DNA from: Arenicellales bacterium
Lineage (GTDB): Bacteria > Pseudomonadota > Gammaproteobacteria > Arenicellales > Poriferihabitantaceae
Direction: 5' to 3'
DNA: 64,000 bases
NCBI GenBank assembly: GCA_965116335.1
Contig: OZ220677.1
Coordinates: forward strand, 409,629 to 473,628
Under the pieces are notes generated by a model. It saw nothing but the letters and a program-made list of their open reading frames with translations, ran no database searches and was not told the DNA's origin. This document shows positions 30,954-42,173 of this stretch, in pieces; positions within the stretch are counted from its first letter, which is position 1; each line of letters begins with the position of its first letter. The position numbers and the translations under genes were made by a program.

Positions 30954-32012
30954 ATGGACAGCATAAAACCCTCTTTATACGGTTTAACTCACTCAAACAG
31001 AAACTTTTCAGACCCCTATTACTGGGGCAAAAATCAATTTAATTCGTCATTTCCCATAGCATTGGCCTGCTATATGAGGGACAAGGATATGTCAGTCGTA
31101 TATATCCAGCACACCCGGGAACTAACCACCCAAATTTCGGAAATATCTGTGGATCGTTTATTTAATACAGATACTCCGAACAATCAACTCAGCTTTCAAT
31201 TCGAATCCCGCTACCTGCCTTTCAAACAATTTGTTCATGATGAGCTCGAGACCATAGACTGCGTAGTCATGCATGGAAAGAAGCACCTCAGACCTATAGA
31301 AATTAAGCTCACAACATTACCGGATCAAACCACCTGCCTCAAAGAGGAAAACGAGTACGGCTGCGAGATTGTGGTTCGTTCTGCAACAATGAGATACCTT
31401 GCGCTCAGTATGGCCGAATCCCTGAACAGTGAATTTGGCGATGTGAGGGAGATATTTACTCCTTCATGCATGACCGTACAAAGCTGGGATAATCAGGCCG
31501 AACTGAAAGAAAGACTCACCGACATTTTGGATTGTCTGAACCAGTTTTACGTCACCTATTGTAAGTACCAAAAGCCATTACTAGTACAGCCAATTTGGAA
31601 AACTATCGGTAAATCTCCTTCATTAGCCGAGCATTGTCTGGATATTTTTGTCTGGAGCGATTTTGCGCTAACAAAATTATTCATGGATAGTGCTATGGAA
31701 AGCGGGGGCCAGAATATCAGCAGGCATCAACGCACCGCATTGCGACTGGCGAGATTCTTGTTTGAAGTCTCTGGCACCTCAAGCGTATACCAGAAACCTA
31801 TATATGATGGCATGACACTCGGAAACCAAACAGACAAGGAATTTGCTGTTTCTGGTATAAAAACAAGACAATACATGGCTTGTCACAGATTGACAAAACC
31901 GAAAGTTTCTAAAGATGAAATAAAGAACATCATACTTGGTGGTGGTCAAAAGTATTTATCTCCTGAACGAAGATTTGATGCGATTTTGTATTTTTCGGAG
32001 GATTTGTTTTGA
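30954..32012 (+). CDS. Type II restriction endonuclease, HindVP/HgiDI-like family
   Basis: WGKNQFNSSFPIALACYM, ETID...IEIKLTTLPD (PD-(D/E)xK type), GGGQKYLSPERRFDA; overlaps the adjacent C5 MTase gene. Confidence 0.82.
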   Translation: MDSIKPSLYGLTHSNRNFSDPYYWGKNQFNSSFPIALACYMRDKDMSVVYIQHTRELTTQISEISVDRLFNTDTPNNQLSFQFESRYLPFKQFVHDELETIDCVVMHGKKHLRPIEIKLTTLPDQTTCLKEENEYGCEIVVRSATMRYLALSMAESLNSEFGDVREIFTPSCMTVQSWDNQAELKERLTDILDCLNQFYVTYCKYQKPLLVQPIWKTIGKSPSLAEHCLDIFVWSDFALTKLFMDSAMESGGQNISRHQRTALRLARFLFEVSGTSSVYQKPIYDGMTLGNQTDKEFAVSGIKTRQYMACHRLTKPKVSKDEIKNIILGGGQKYLSPERRFDAILYFSEDLF

Positions 32013-32989
32013 CGATCAGGGCAATGAATGTCGTTGATTTATTTGCTGGTGGAGGTGGATTGTCATTAGGGTTTACCTTGTCCGGTTTCAATGTTGTGGC
32101 TGCGTTTGAAAATTGGGAGTCAGCGATAAAATTGTATCAAGCAAATTTTAAACATCCTGTTATCAATATGGATTTGTCGAAAAAAGAGGCTATCGATAAA
32201 ATCGCTGAATATGAACCAGATATCATAATTGGAGGACCGCCCTGTCAGGATTTCTCTTCGGCGGGGAAAAGAGACGAGTCCTTGGGTCGGTCTGACTTGA
32301 CAATATCTTTCGCTGAAATTGTCAGCGCATTGAAACCGCATTACTTTGTGATGGAAAACGTAGACAGGTCACTGCACAGTAATGCCATGCACAAAGCTTG
32401 GGCCTGTTTGAAAAAAAATGGATATGGGTTAACCATCAAAGTATTGAATGCCAGCCACTATGGCGTACCCCAGAACCGGAAAAGGTTGTTCGTGGTAGGT
32501 GAACTTGGCGCAGAAGATCAATTCCTGTCCGAATTTCTTGACGAAGGCAAAGCTGAAAAAACCATGACCGTAAGGGATTATGTTGGGAACCGTTTTGGAA
32601 TCACGCATTACTACAGGCATCCCCGAAGTTATAAAAGGAGAGGAGTATTCAGTATTGACGAGCCTAGTCCGACTGTCAGGGGCGTAAACCGGCCTGTCCC
32701 TAAAGGATATCCTGGGCATGCGGGTGACACCGTTCAAGTAACCAAAAACCTCCGCCCCCTGACAACCAAAGAACGAAGTTTAATTCAGACATATCCTGAT
32801 GAATTCAGGTTGGTCGGTTGCAAAACTGACTTGGAGCAAATCATTGGAAACGCAGTTCCGGTAAATTTGGCGAAACATGTTGCAAGAACACTACAAAAAC
32901 GGATAGAACGGAAACAATCGCATCAAAACCAAACTCGTTTCCCTTCTTTTACAAGCCAGGCTCGTCAAGCTCGTATCCCAGGACTCTGA
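32009..32989 (+). CDS. DNA (cytosine-5)-methyltransferase, cognate of the HindVP-like REase
   Basis: DLFAGGGG (I), GGPPCQDFS (IV), MENV (VI), QNRKR (VIII), target-recognition segment PSPTVRGVNRP, IGNAVP (X). Confidence 0.94.
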   Translation: MTIRAMNVVDLFAGGGGLSLGFTLSGFNVVAAFENWESAIKLYQANFKHPVINMDLSKKEAIDKIAEYEPDIIIGGPPCQDFSSAGKRDESLGRSDLTISFAEIVSALKPHYFVMENVDRSLHSNAMHKAWACLKKNGYGLTIKVLNASHYGVPQNRKRLFVVGELGAEDQFLSEFLDEGKAEKTMTVRDYVGNRFGITHYYRHPRSYKRRGVFSIDEPSPTVRGVNRPVPKGYPGHAGDTVQVTKNLRPLTTKERSLIQTYPDEFRLVGCKTDLEQIIGNAVPVNLAKHVARTLQKRIERKQSHQNQTRFPSFTSQARQARIPGL

Positions 32990-33114
32990 CTTCCGAATGG
33001 GCGGATTTGTATATAACAACTCTCACCTCTGATTGAAGTAATATAGTAGTTTCCCGGTATTCCCGGTTTCTACTGTAGGATTTAGGGTTTTGCGCTCCCA
33101 AGATTGGTTGGTAC

Positions 33115-33753
33115 CTACGGCGACAGGCGCGTTATTTCCCACTTCCCTTGATTGTGGTGATAGACGATGCGGTCATGCAGGCGATGACTTCTGCCCTGCC
33201 AGAACTCGAAGCGTTCCGGTTTGATCCGGTAACCACCCCAGAACGGGGGCAATGGAATATCCTGACCCCGGAATTTCCTTTCCATGTCCCGAAAGCTCTC
33301 CTCAAGTTGTGAGCGTGAAGTGAGCGGTTCGCTTTGCCGAGAGGCCCAGGCACCTGTCTGACTGGCTCGCGGGCGGGAATTGAAATACTCGCGGGACGCC
33401 GCCTCGCCGATTCGCGACACCTCGCCCTCGATATGCACCTGACGATGCAGTGCATACCACGGAAAAAGCATAGAAACCTGATTATTTTCAATTATTTGCT
33501 GTGCTTTCCTGCTACCATGATTAGTATAAAAAACGAATCCGGCATCGGTATACGATTTCATCAGCACGGTGCGCTGGGTTGGTTTCCCATCCGCCGAGAT
33601 CGTACACAGGGAAAATCCATTCGGCTCGGCAATGCCGGAATCGGACGCTTGTGCGAACCATAATGAAAACTGGACAAACGGATTGGGAGCAACGCAGCTC
33701 AAATCAATCCCGCTATCCGAATATTCCTGCCTGAGCTGTTTCAGGTCTTTCAT
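33115..33753 (-). CDS. pdxH: Pyridoxamine 5'-phosphate oxidase
   Basis: RTVLMK, FYTNHGSRKA, EFWQGRSHRLHDR. Confidence 0.95.
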   Translation of the reverse strand: MKDLKQLRQEYSDSGIDLSCVAPNPFVQFSLWFAQASDSGIAEPNGFSLCTISADGKPTQRTVLMKSYTDAGFVFYTNHGSRKAQQIIENNQVSMLFPWYALHRQVHIEGEVSRIGEAASREYFNSRPRASQTGAWASRQSEPLTSRSQLEESFRDMERKFRGQDIPLPPFWGGYRIKPERFEFWQGRSHRLHDRIVYHHNQGKWEITRLSP

Positions 33754-33786
33754 CTGCCCGGACGGCAATCGCAGGTGGCTGGCTCG

Positions 33787-34248
33787 CTAAAACGGAATGT
33801 CATCGTCGAAGTCATCTGCCTGTGCAGGTGGCGGGGCACTCTTCGCAGCGGGTTTTGCAGCCGGTCTGGCTTGATTGTAGTCAGTCGGAGAAGCGGCTCC
33901 GGCACCCTGGCTACGGCTACCGAGCATCTGCATTTCACTGGCCACGATCTCGGTGGTATAACGGTCCTGCCCGCTTTGATCCTGCCATTTGCGAGTCTGC
34001 AAACGTCCCTCGATGTAAACCTGCGAGCCCTTCTTCAGATATTCGCCCACAATTTCCGCGAGACGATTGAAAAACACGACCCGGTGCCATTCTGTCCGTT
34101 CCTGCTGCTCTCCGGTCTGCTTGTCCTTCCATGCATCAGTAGTTGCGATGGTGACGTTGGCGATTGCCATGCCACTCGGAGTATAACGAATCTCAGGGTC
34201 CTGCCCCAGATTCCCGACCAGTATAACTTTGTTGATACCTCTAGCCAT
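33787..34248 (-). CDS. ssb: Single-stranded DNA-binding protein
   Basis: [19 protein letters not shown]...DDFDDDIPF. Confidence 0.98.
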   Translation of the reverse strand: MARGINKVILVGNLGQDPEIRYTPSGMAIANVTIATTDAWKDKQTGEQQERTEWHRVVFFNRLAEIVGEYLKKGSQVYIEGRLQTRKWQDQSGQDRYTTEIVASEMQMLGSRSQGAGAASPTDYNQARPAAKPAAKSAPPPAQADDFDDDIPF

Positions 34249-34269
34249 GATTGATCTCCATAGAATTGA

Positions 34270-35475
34270 TTAGTTCGCGCCAGCCAGCCGGAACCTGAAA
34301 AAAATACAACTGGTCAGTAGCCACATTGTAATCATCCCGGCGCAAAAAATAAATACTCCCGCACTGTCATACTGTCCATATATCCAGCCTCCCGCAACCC
34401 CCCCGAAGAAAACTCCGGCAAACTGAAAGGTATTGTAGATGGCAAGCGCTGTCCCCTTGCCGTCTGCTGGCGCGATCTGGGAAACCATCGAAGGCAGCAG
34501 CGATTCCAGTGCATTGAAGGCACCGAAGAACACCACCATTCCACCTGTCAACCATAAGAGCGGACGAGGTTCACTGAATATCAGTATCATGAAGGAAACC
34601 AGTAACAGCAGGATCGCCGCCCGATACGCATGAGGAATCATTCGCTCTTTCGAGCCAGCCATGATAAACGGCGCCATTGCCGGTAGCGATAGTAACAATA
34701 TCGGTATATAGATTTTCCAGTGACTCGCCAGCGGGTAATTACCGCGGGAAATCAACAGCGTGGGCAGAACCAGGAATAACGCGGTTAAAACCGCATGGGA
34801 TAAAAAAATACCCAGATTCAGTTGCATCAGTTGAAAATCTGCAAGCGAGCGTCTGATTTGCGTGCTGGCTGGTGCTATATCTCGATGCCGAGGACGTGAT
34901 TCTGTGTCCGGGACGACTCGCAACACGGCCAATATGGCGACAACCGACAAACCTGCGGTTAGCCAGAACAATCCGGGAACTCCGATCCAGTGCTGGATAG
35001 GGGGAGCAACAACCAGCGCCAGCATGAACGAGGCGCCAATGCAGATGCCGATTACAGCCATGGCCCGGGTGCGCTGGTTGTTTCGCGTCAGGTCCGCTGT
35101 CAGAGCTAGTGTGGCCGCCGAAATCGCGCCGCAGCCCTGAATGCTCCTGCCGATAATCAAGCCATAGATCGAATCGGACAATGCAGCAACCACACTGCCA
35201 AAAGCAAATACAACCAGCCCGAACGCGATCACATGTTTGCGATTGATCCGATCCGATGCCAGGCCGAAAGGAATCTGCAGCAAAGCCTGAGTCAAGCCGT
35301 AAGCGCCGAGCGCCAAACCGATCAATAAAGGCGTGGTATGCACAAGGTCACCCGCATAGACGGACAGAACCGGCAACAGCATGAACAATCCGAACATCCG
35401 CAGTGAGAAAACGCCCGCCAGGGAAATCACCGCCCTCCGTTCCGCCGGGGTCATCGCAGTATCAGGGCGTGTCAT
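34270..35475 (-). CDS. MFS transporter (YajR-like)
   Basis: LRMFGLFMLLPV, GAYGLTQALLQIPFGLASDR; about 12 hydrophobic segments; common uvrA-MFS-ssb arrangement. Confidence 0.88.
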   Translation of the reverse strand: MTRPDTAMTPAERRAVISLAGVFSLRMFGLFMLLPVLSVYAGDLVHTTPLLIGLALGAYGLTQALLQIPFGLASDRINRKHVIAFGLVVFAFGSVVAALSDSIYGLIIGRSIQGCGAISAATLALTADLTRNNQRTRAMAVIGICIGASFMLALVVAPPIQHWIGVPGLFWLTAGLSVVAILAVLRVVPDTESRPRHRDIAPASTQIRRSLADFQLMQLNLGIFLSHAVLTALFLVLPTLLISRGNYPLASHWKIYIPILLLSLPAMAPFIMAGSKERMIPHAYRAAILLLLVSFMILIFSEPRPLLWLTGGMVVFFGAFNALESLLPSMVSQIAPADGKGTALAIYNTFQFAGVFFGGVAGGWIYGQYDSAGVFIFCAGMITMWLLTSCIFFRFRLAGAN

Positions 35476-35600
35476 AATCTTGAAATGGTAATGGTTGTTT
35501 TTGCGAGATTCCGGGCAACGAAACTATTTTCACAACGGGGTTGTCCGGGAGATAAAAGAGCGCGTATAGTAACCGATTTATTTTAGGAAAATCATATCCA

Positions 35601-38435
35601 GTGTCCGTTCAAAATATCCTGATTCGCGGTGCTCGCACGCATAATCTGAAGTCCATTGATCTGGATCTGCCGCGAGACCAACTGATTGTCATTACCGGCT
35701 TGTCTGGCTCCGGCAAATCCTCTCTGGCCTTCGATACCATTTACGCCGAAGGGCAACGACGTTATGTGGAGTCGCTATCGACCTATGCCCGACAATTTCT
35801 GTCACTGATGGAAAAACCCGATGTCGATATGATCGAGGGGCTTTCGCCCGCTATCAGCATCGAGCAGAAATCATCCTCCCATAACCCCCGTTCCACGGTC
35901 GGCACGGTCACCGAAATCTACGATTACCTGCGCCTCCTGTTTGCCAGAATCGGTGACCCGAAATGCCCGGATCACCAGGTGACGCTGGAAGCCCAGACGG
36001 TCAGCCAGATGGTCGATCTGGTGATGCGGCAGCCGGAAGGCGCCGCGGCTATGCTGCTCGCCCCGGTCGTCACAGACCGCAAGGGAGAGTTTCAACAACT
36101 GCTCGGCGAGCTTCATTCCCAGGGCTATATCCGCGCTATCATCGACGGCGCTATGGTTGAGCTGGATGATCCGCCGAAGCTCGACAAGCGCTACAAACAT
36201 CATATTGATGTCATTGTCGACCGCCTGATTATCCGCGAAGACAACCGGCAACGCCTGGCAGAGTCCTTTGAGACCGCTCTGGAACTCACTGCCGGTGCCG
36301 CCAAAGTAGCGTTGCTCGATGAGCAGAGAAACATTCGCGAGACCCAGGTATTCTCCAGCCGGTTCGGTTGTCCGTACTGCGGCTACAGTCTGGATGAACT
36401 GGAACCTCGGCTGTTCTCATTCAATAATCCCGCAGGCGCCTGTGAGGATTGTGATGGCCTCGGCATACGCCGGTTTTTCGATGCGGATCGGATTGTGCAG
36501 GATGCTGGACTACCGTTGTCCGCTGGCGCCATTCCAGGCTGGGAGAGACGCAATGGCTACCACTATGCCCAGCTGTCCTGTGTCGCCCGGCATTACCACT
36601 TTGACATGGAGACCCCGTTCGCAGAGCTGTCGAAGGAGAATCAGGACATCGTGTTATATGGCAGTGGCAGCGAAAAAATAAGTTTCGTCTATTCCAGGCC
36701 GGGCCGCAAGTATGAGAAGCGTCATGTGTTTGAAGGCATCGTCAACAATTACGAACGGCGCTATCGGGAAACCGATTCCTCCCTGGCGCGGGAATATCTC
36801 AGCCGGTACATGAGTTCACGGGCTTGTTCGAGTTGCGATGGCAGCCGCCTGCGTATTCAGGCTCGCCATGTTTTTATCCAGGATCAGACCATCCAGCAAC
36901 TGACCGCATTTCCAATCGGCAAAGCCCTTGCCTTTTTCGAGAATCTGAAACTGCATGGCAGACGCGCGGAAATCGCGGCAAAAATCATTCAGGAGATTCG
37001 CAACAGACTGGGTTTTCTGATCAATGTCGGATTGAATTACCTGACTCTTTCCCGCGCCGCTGAAACCCTGTCCGGCGGTGAAGCCCAGCGTATACGGCTG
37101 GCCTCTCAAATAGGCTCTGGTCTGGTTGGTGTCATGTATGTACTGGACGAACCATCCATCGGGCTGCATCAACGGGATAATGAACGCCTATTGAAAACGC
37201 TGTTCCATTTACGTGACCTGGGCAATACGGTGATCGTGGTTGAACACGATCAGGAAGCGATCACAAGCGCGGATTATGTGGTCGACATCGGGCCGGGCGC
37301 TGGCAAGAATGGCGGCCAGGTGGTGGTAGAAGGCCCTCCCGACACGATCAGAAACAGCCACCATTCAATGACTGGCCGCTATCTGAGTGGTACAGAGCAA
37401 ATCGAAATCCCGGCAAAGAGAACCCCGATTAACCCACGCCGGGTTTTACGAGTGAATAACGCGACCGGCAATAACCTCAAGAGTGTTTGCGTAAAAATAC
37501 CGGTAGGCCTGTTTACCTGTGTCACCGGAGTATCCGGTTCCGGCAAGTCCACTCTGGTCAACGGCACCCTGTACCCCGCTGTTGCCGAGAAACTACACCT
37601 GATTCGAACCAAACCACAACCCTGCCAGTCGATTGACGGCCTCGAACATTTTGACAAAATCATCTCCATAGACCAGAGTCCGATTGGCCGCACTCCGCGC
37701 TCGAATCCGGCCACCTATACCGGATTGTTTACCGCTATACGCCAGATATTCACCAACCTGCAGGAATCCAGAGCCAGAGGCTACAAACCCGGGCGGTTCT
37801 CATTCAATGTCAAGGGCGGACGCTGCGAAGCCTGCAAGGGCGACGGTCTGATTCGTGTCGAAATGCACTTTTTACCGGATATTTATGTGCCCTGTGATGC
37901 CTGCAAGGGCAAACGCTACAATCGGGAAACACTGGAAATCTACTTCAAGGGAAAGAATATTGCCGAGATACTGGACATGACCGTTGAAGAAGCGGCAGAG
38001 TTTTTCGTCGCCATTCCATCCATCAAACGTCAACTCGATACATTACTCAATGTCGGTCTCGGCTATATTACTCTCGGTCAGAGCGCCACCACCCTGTCCG
38101 GGGGCGAAGCCCAGCGCGTCAAACTGTCCCGTGAATTATCAAAAAGAGATACCGGAAAAACGCTTTACGTGCTGGATGAACCGACTACCGGACTGCATTT
38201 CCATGACATCAAGCAACTTCTCTCGGTGCTTCACCGACTGCGCGATCAGGGCAACACCGTAATCGTCATTGAACACAACCTCGATGTAATCAAAACCGCC
38301 GACTGGATCGTCGACCTGGGTCCGGAAGGTGGAGATGAAGGCGGCGAAGTAGTCGCAGCAGGCACCCCCGAACAAATAGCCAAAAAGAAAAAGTCCCACA
38401 CCGGCCGCTACCTGACCCCCCTCCTCAACCAATAA
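35601..38435 (+). CDS. uvrA: Excinuclease ABC subunit A
   Basis: [14 protein letters not shown], two LSGGEAQR signatures, GVSGSGKS, zinc-finger cysteines. Confidence 0.99.
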   Translation: MSVQNILIRGARTHNLKSIDLDLPRDQLIVITGLSGSGKSSLAFDTIYAEGQRRYVESLSTYARQFLSLMEKPDVDMIEGLSPAISIEQKSSSHNPRSTVGTVTEIYDYLRLLFARIGDPKCPDHQVTLEAQTVSQMVDLVMRQPEGAAAMLLAPVVTDRKGEFQQLLGELHSQGYIRAIIDGAMVELDDPPKLDKRYKHHIDVIVDRLIIREDNRQRLAESFETALELTAGAAKVALLDEQRNIRETQVFSSRFGCPYCGYSLDELEPRLFSFNNPAGACEDCDGLGIRRFFDADRIVQDAGLPLSAGAIPGWERRNGYHYAQLSCVARHYHFDMETPFAELSKENQDIVLYGSGSEKISFVYSRPGRKYEKRHVFEGIVNNYERRYRETDSSLAREYLSRYMSSRACSSCDGSRLRIQARHVFIQDQTIQQLTAFPIGKALAFFENLKLHGRRAEIAAKIIQEIRNRLGFLINVGLNYLTLSRAAETLSGGEAQRIRLASQIGSGLVGVMYVLDEPSIGLHQRDNERLLKTLFHLRDLGNTVIVVEHDQEAITSADYVVDIGPGAGKNGGQVVVEGPPDTIRNSHHSMTGRYLSGTEQIEIPAKRTPINPRRVLRVNNATGNNLKSVCVKIPVGLFTCVTGVSGSGKSTLVNGTLYPAVAEKLHLIRTKPQPCQSIDGLEHFDKIISIDQSPIGRTPRSNPATYTGLFTAIRQIFTNLQESRARGYKPGRFSFNVKGGRCEACKGDGLIRVEMHFLPDIYVPCDACKGKRYNRETLEIYFKGKNIAEILDMTVEEAAEFFVAIPSIKRQLDTLLNVGLGYITLGQSATTLSGGEAQRVKLSRELSKRDTGKTLYVLDEPTTGLHFHDIKQLLSVLHRLRDQGNTVIVIEHNLDVIKTADWIVDLGPEGGDEGGEVVAAGTPEQIAKKKKSHTGRYLTPLLNQ

Positions 38436-38487
38436 CATCATTCCACCCTTGAGAGGGAATCCACAACCATGCGGAACCTGAATTACC
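38435..38487 (-). repeat. Partial inverted copy of the palindromic dispersed repeat
   Basis: CATCATTCCACCCTTGAGAGGGAATCCACAACCATGCGGAACCTGAATTACC resembles CATCATTCCCCCCTTGAGGGGGAATC (~41515) and the reverse complement of GGTAATTRCAGCATCCGTATTGTTGTGGATTCCC (41439-41472). Confidence 0.65.
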
Positions 38488-38539
38488 CACATCACCGCTG
38501 ATTCCCTCAACAGCCTGAAATCGTGTAACATCAACACCC

Positions 38540-39826
38540 ATGAGCGACCACGAATTTGAATTTGATACACTTTGCCTGCACGCAGGCACCCAGCCGGACC
38601 CCGCTACAGGCTCCAGGGCTCCGCCGATCTATCAGACCGCTTCTTACGTGTTCGATGACACCGACCATGCGGCCAGCCTGTTCAACTTGCAGACTTTCGG
38701 CAACATCTACACGCGCCTGACCAATCCGACCACAGCGATGTTTGAACAACGAATGGCGGCCCTGGAAGGCGGTCGCGCCGCCGTCGCCGCCAGCACCGGA
38801 ATGGCCGCGCAGATGGTCGCGCTACTGACGATTCTGAAAGAAGGCGATGAACTGGTTTCCGCCAGCACATTGTACGGCGGCACCGTGTCCCAGTTCGCGA
38901 TCAACTTCAAGCGTATGGGCATTAAAACCATTTTCGTTGATCCCGACGACCCGCAGAATTTTGACCGGGCGATCACCAGCAAAACCAGGGCACTATACGG
39001 CGAGACAGTCGGCAACCCGAACAACAATGTGCTGGATATCGAGCCGATTGCTGACATCGCCCACAAACACGGACTGCCGCTGGTCATCGACAACACATTC
39101 CCCTCACCCTATCTGTGCCGTCCGGTCGAACATGGCGCTGATCTGGTGGTTCACTCCGCCACCAAATTCATTTGCGGACACGGCACCTCGATGGGTGGCA
39201 TTGTCGTCGAATCCGGCAAATTCGACTGGGGCAATGGCAACTTCCCGGACATGACCGAACCCTCCGAAGGCTATCACGGCGTCAAGTTCTGGGAGACCTT
39301 CGGCGATTTCGCCTTCACCATGAAGGCTCGATGTGAGACCCTGCGTACACTCGGCCCGACCCTGAGCCCGTTCAACTCATTCATGATGCTGCAAGGTCTT
39401 GAAACCCTGCCGGTGCGTATGCACCGACATGTGGAAAACACGGCAAAAGTGGTCGAATTCCTGAAACAGAGCAAGCGCGTCAACTGGATAAAATATGCCG
39501 GAGACGTTGACAACCCTTATTATCCGCTGGCGCAGAAATATCTGCCCAAAGGAGCCGGTTCCGTACTGACCTTCGGCATCGAAGGCGGCCAGAGTGCAGG
39601 CGCGAAATTCATAGAAAGCGTCCAGTTCCTGAGTCACCTGGCCAACATCGGCGATGCCAAGACACTGGTGATTCACCCCGCCTCAACGACCCATCGGCAG
39701 CTGAACGAACAGGAGCAGATTCAGGCTGGCATCAGCCCGGACATGATCCGGCTCTCCGTGGGACTGGAGTCGGTCAATGACATTATCTGGGACATCGGGC
39801 AGGCGCTGGAACAATCCCGGCTGTGA
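38540..39826 (+). CDS. metY: O-acetylhomoserine aminocarboxypropyltransferase (MetY family)
   Basis: PIYQTASYVF, IYTRLTNPT, HSATKFICGHG, HLANIGDAKTLVIHPASTTH. Confidence 0.92.
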   Translation: MSDHEFEFDTLCLHAGTQPDPATGSRAPPIYQTASYVFDDTDHAASLFNLQTFGNIYTRLTNPTTAMFEQRMAALEGGRAAVAASTGMAAQMVALLTILKEGDELVSASTLYGGTVSQFAINFKRMGIKTIFVDPDDPQNFDRAITSKTRALYGETVGNPNNNVLDIEPIADIAHKHGLPLVIDNTFPSPYLCRPVEHGADLVVHSATKFICGHGTSMGGIVVESGKFDWGNGNFPDMTEPSEGYHGVKFWETFGDFAFTMKARCETLRTLGPTLSPFNSFMMLQGLETLPVRMHRHVENTAKVVEFLKQSKRVNWIKYAGDVDNPYYPLAQKYLPKGAGSVLTFGIEGGQSAGAKFIESVQFLSHLANIGDAKTLVIHPASTTHRQLNEQEQIQAGISPDMIRLSVGLESVNDIIWDIGQALEQSRL

Positions 39827-39878
39827 TCAAAAATAATCAGGCGGAGCGGACAGTCTGTTCAATAAATGATCGGGCGGA

Positions 39879-40283
39879 TCAGTCGATTCTTTCAAGCGGT
39901 ATCGGCTTGCGCTCCTGATTGACCGAAACATAGGTATAAGTCGCCTCGGTAACCTTGAGACGCTCCCGGCGAGCGTGCTTTCTCCGCGCCCAGACCTCGA
40001 TATGAACCGACAGCGAAGTATTGCCGAACCGGGTTACCTCACAATAGCAACTGACCTGGTCGCCGACAAATACCGGCAAATGAAAGGTCATGCCTTCCAC
40101 GGCCACCGTCACCAGACGGCCATGTACGACATAACTCGCATAAATCGCGCCCGCGATGTCCATTTGCGACATGATCCATCCACCAAATATGTCCCCGCTT
40201 GGATTCGCGTCTGCCGGCATCGCGACAGTACGCAACGACGGCGGCTTGTCTGTCAATCGTGTTTCGTTCATTTTTTCTTTCAC
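39879..40283 (-). CDS. yciA: Acyl-CoA thioesterase (YciA family)
   Basis: AMPADANPSGDIFGGWIMSQMDIAG hot-dog motif. Confidence 0.9.
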   Translation of the reverse strand: MKEKMNETRLTDKPPSLRTVAMPADANPSGDIFGGWIMSQMDIAGAIYASYVVHGRLVTVAVEGMTFHLPVFVGDQVSCYCEVTRFGNTSLSVHIEVWARRKHARRERLKVTEATYTYVSVNQERKPIPLERID

Positions 40284-40388
40284 GAGGTAACTCCTGCCTG
40301 TTTTCCTGCCTGTGTCTATGATATTGCTGTTTACTTCACTATGCCTGAATCCGTATACTCGCGCGCTGACTTCACCTGAACCTGACCC

Positions 40389-40949
40389 ATGAAAATATTA
40401 TTTGATCTGTTCCCGTTACTGATCTTTTTCGGCGCATTCAAATTTTACGATATTTTTATCGCCACTGCTGCGGCAATTATCGCCACATTTATTCAGGTCG
40501 GGGTATTCTGGACAAAACATCGCCGATTTGAAACCGTTCATATCGTCACCCTGATCATCATTACCCTGTTCGGCGGACTCACCATCCTGCTCAAGGACGA
40601 TATCTTTATCAAATGGAAACCGACCATCGTCAACTGGCTGTTCAGTGGAGTAATCGTCAGTATGCTGTTATTCGCCAGGAAATCGGCGCTGGAATTCGTG
40701 ATGGGCAAACAGATAAGCCTGCCGGCATCAATATGGCGCAAGCTGAACTGGGCCTGGGCTATCTTTTTCTTAGGTTTAGGCGCACTGAATCTGTACGTCG
40801 CCTTCTACTACAACGCCGATGCCGACCCCGAAGTCCGAACCGCCGCCTGGGTCAACTTCAAGGTATTCTGGTTGTTCGGGCTCACCCTGGCATTCGCCGT
40901 CGTGCAAATGCTCTTCATCAGCAAACACATCCAACTGACCGAGGAATAA
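40389..40949 (+). CDS. yciB: Inner membrane protein YciB / septation protein A
   Basis: [29 protein letters not shown]. Confidence 0.94.
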   Translation: MKILFDLFPLLIFFGAFKFYDIFIATAAAIIATFIQVGVFWTKHRRFETVHIVTLIIITLFGGLTILLKDDIFIKWKPTIVNWLFSGVIVSMLLFARKSALEFVMGKQISLPASIWRKLNWAWAIFFLGLGALNLYVAFYYNADADPEVRTAAWVNFKVFWLFGLTLAFAVVQMLFISKHIQLTEE

Positions 40950-40954
40950 GGATT

Positions 40955-41254
40955 ATGTATTACACCATCTATGCAACCGATGCCGACAACAGTCTGGAAA
41001 ACCGCATGGCCGCCAGACCGGCCCATGTCGAACGCCTCAAAGCACTGGTCGAACAAGGCCGCCTTCTGGCATCCGGCCCCCACCCCGCGATTGATACCGA
41101 AGATCCCGGCAGCGCAGGATTTACCGGCAGCCTGATCATCGCCAGATTCGACTCCCTCGAAGACGCCAAAAACTGGGCTGAAGCCGACCCCTACGTAACC
41201 GCAGGCGTCTACGCAAAAGTAGAAGTCAAACCCTGGAAGAAAGTATTACCCTGA
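40955..41254 (+). CDS. yciI: YciI family protein
   Basis: From ATG 40955: [31 protein letters not shown]. Confidence 0.93.
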   Translation: MYYTIYATDADNSLENRMAARPAHVERLKALVEQGRLLASGPHPAIDTEDPGSAGFTGSLIIARFDSLEDAKNWAEADPYVTAGVYAKVEVKPWKKVLP

Positions 41255-41602
41255 TGGGTTAAAAGCCACCCCATCAAACCGGGGACAGGCTCTTGTATCG
41301 CGGACCTCTCTCAATGGTGATTGGATGTTGATTCCTGCCCGAACCATCATCGTAGGGGAGGGTCTCCGTGCCCTCCCGCGAATATCGGAACAGGTATCAA
41401 CGATAGCGGGCACCCACAGAGGGGTGCCCCTACGCATCGGTAATTACAGCATCCGTATTGTTGTGGATTCCCGTTTTCACGGGAATGACGGAATGATTAC
41501 CAACCCGTCATTAACATCATTCCCCCCTTGAGGGGGAATCACATCGCGCAGACCGCGGGTGTGATGGGGGGACACAACCACCGGAACAGCTATCAACAAT
41601 AC
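41202..41602 (+). repeat. Direct repeat, left copy (yciI 3' end plus REP-like palindromes), flanking the BREX island
   Basis: Matches 57621-58022; manual alignment gives about 18 substitutions and 1 indel over ~401 bp, with the first ~63 bp identical. Confidence 0.95.
41351..41434. repeat. Inverted pair of GTAG-class REP-like palindromes (REPIN-like); second copy at 57771-57854
   Basis: CGTAGGGGAGGGTCTCCGTGCCCTCCC ... GGGCACCCACAGAGGGGTGCCCCTACG; each unit is GTAG plus an imperfect hairpin, in opposite orientations. Confidence 0.75.
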
Positions 41603-41669
41603 CCGAAAAGCGAATGCTTCAGATAGATACCTGTATAATGCAGTTTTTTTGGGAGTGACGGGGAACAAC

Positions 41670-42173
41670 ATGGTCGAGATTCACGATAAGATAAAACGCT
41701 CCCTGCAAGCAGCTGAGAGCTTATATCACAGGCTGGTATTGCTGGTGGGTAAGAGTGGCTCCGGCAAAACCGGCGTTCTTCGGGAAGTCGCGGAAGATCA
41801 GGACACTCCCCTGATCAACATCAATCTGGAGCTTTCGCGTAGACTGATTGAACTGACAGCCAGACAGCGAGCATTACAGCTCCCCAAAATACTGAATCAA
41901 ATAATGAATGAAGCTCAACCACTGGTGGCGCTGGACAATCTCGAAATCCTCTTCGATCAGACACTCAAGCAAAACCCCTTGCATTTATTGCAGGGTATCT
42001 CAAGGAACCGCACTGTGCTGGCATCATGGAATGGGGCGTATGATGGCAGGAAGATCGTATATGCTGAAATCGGCCATCCGGAATACCGCAGCTATGACTC
42101 TGGAGACCTGTTGATCGTTAGCATGGATGGCGCGGACCCGGTAAAAAACAATACCAGAGTGTGGCAGGCATGA
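41670..42173 (+). CDS. brxF: BREX-3 P-loop protein BrxF
   Basis: [35 protein letters not shown]; first gene, stop overlaps brxC start (ATGA). Confidence 0.87.
   Translation: MVEIHDKIKRSLQAAESLYHRLVLLVGKSGSGKTGVLREVAEDQDTPLININLELSRRLIELTARQRALQLPKILNQIMNEAQPLVALDNLEILFDQTLKQNPLHLLQGISRNRTVLASWNGAYDGRKIVYAEIGHPEYRSYDSGDLLIVSMDGADPVKNNTRVWQA

Noticed and set aside
40613-40954. 213-aa extended version of yciI in the ORF track
   Set aside because: The extension overlaps yciB out of frame; the YciI fold starts at ATG 40955 behind an AAGGA RBS.
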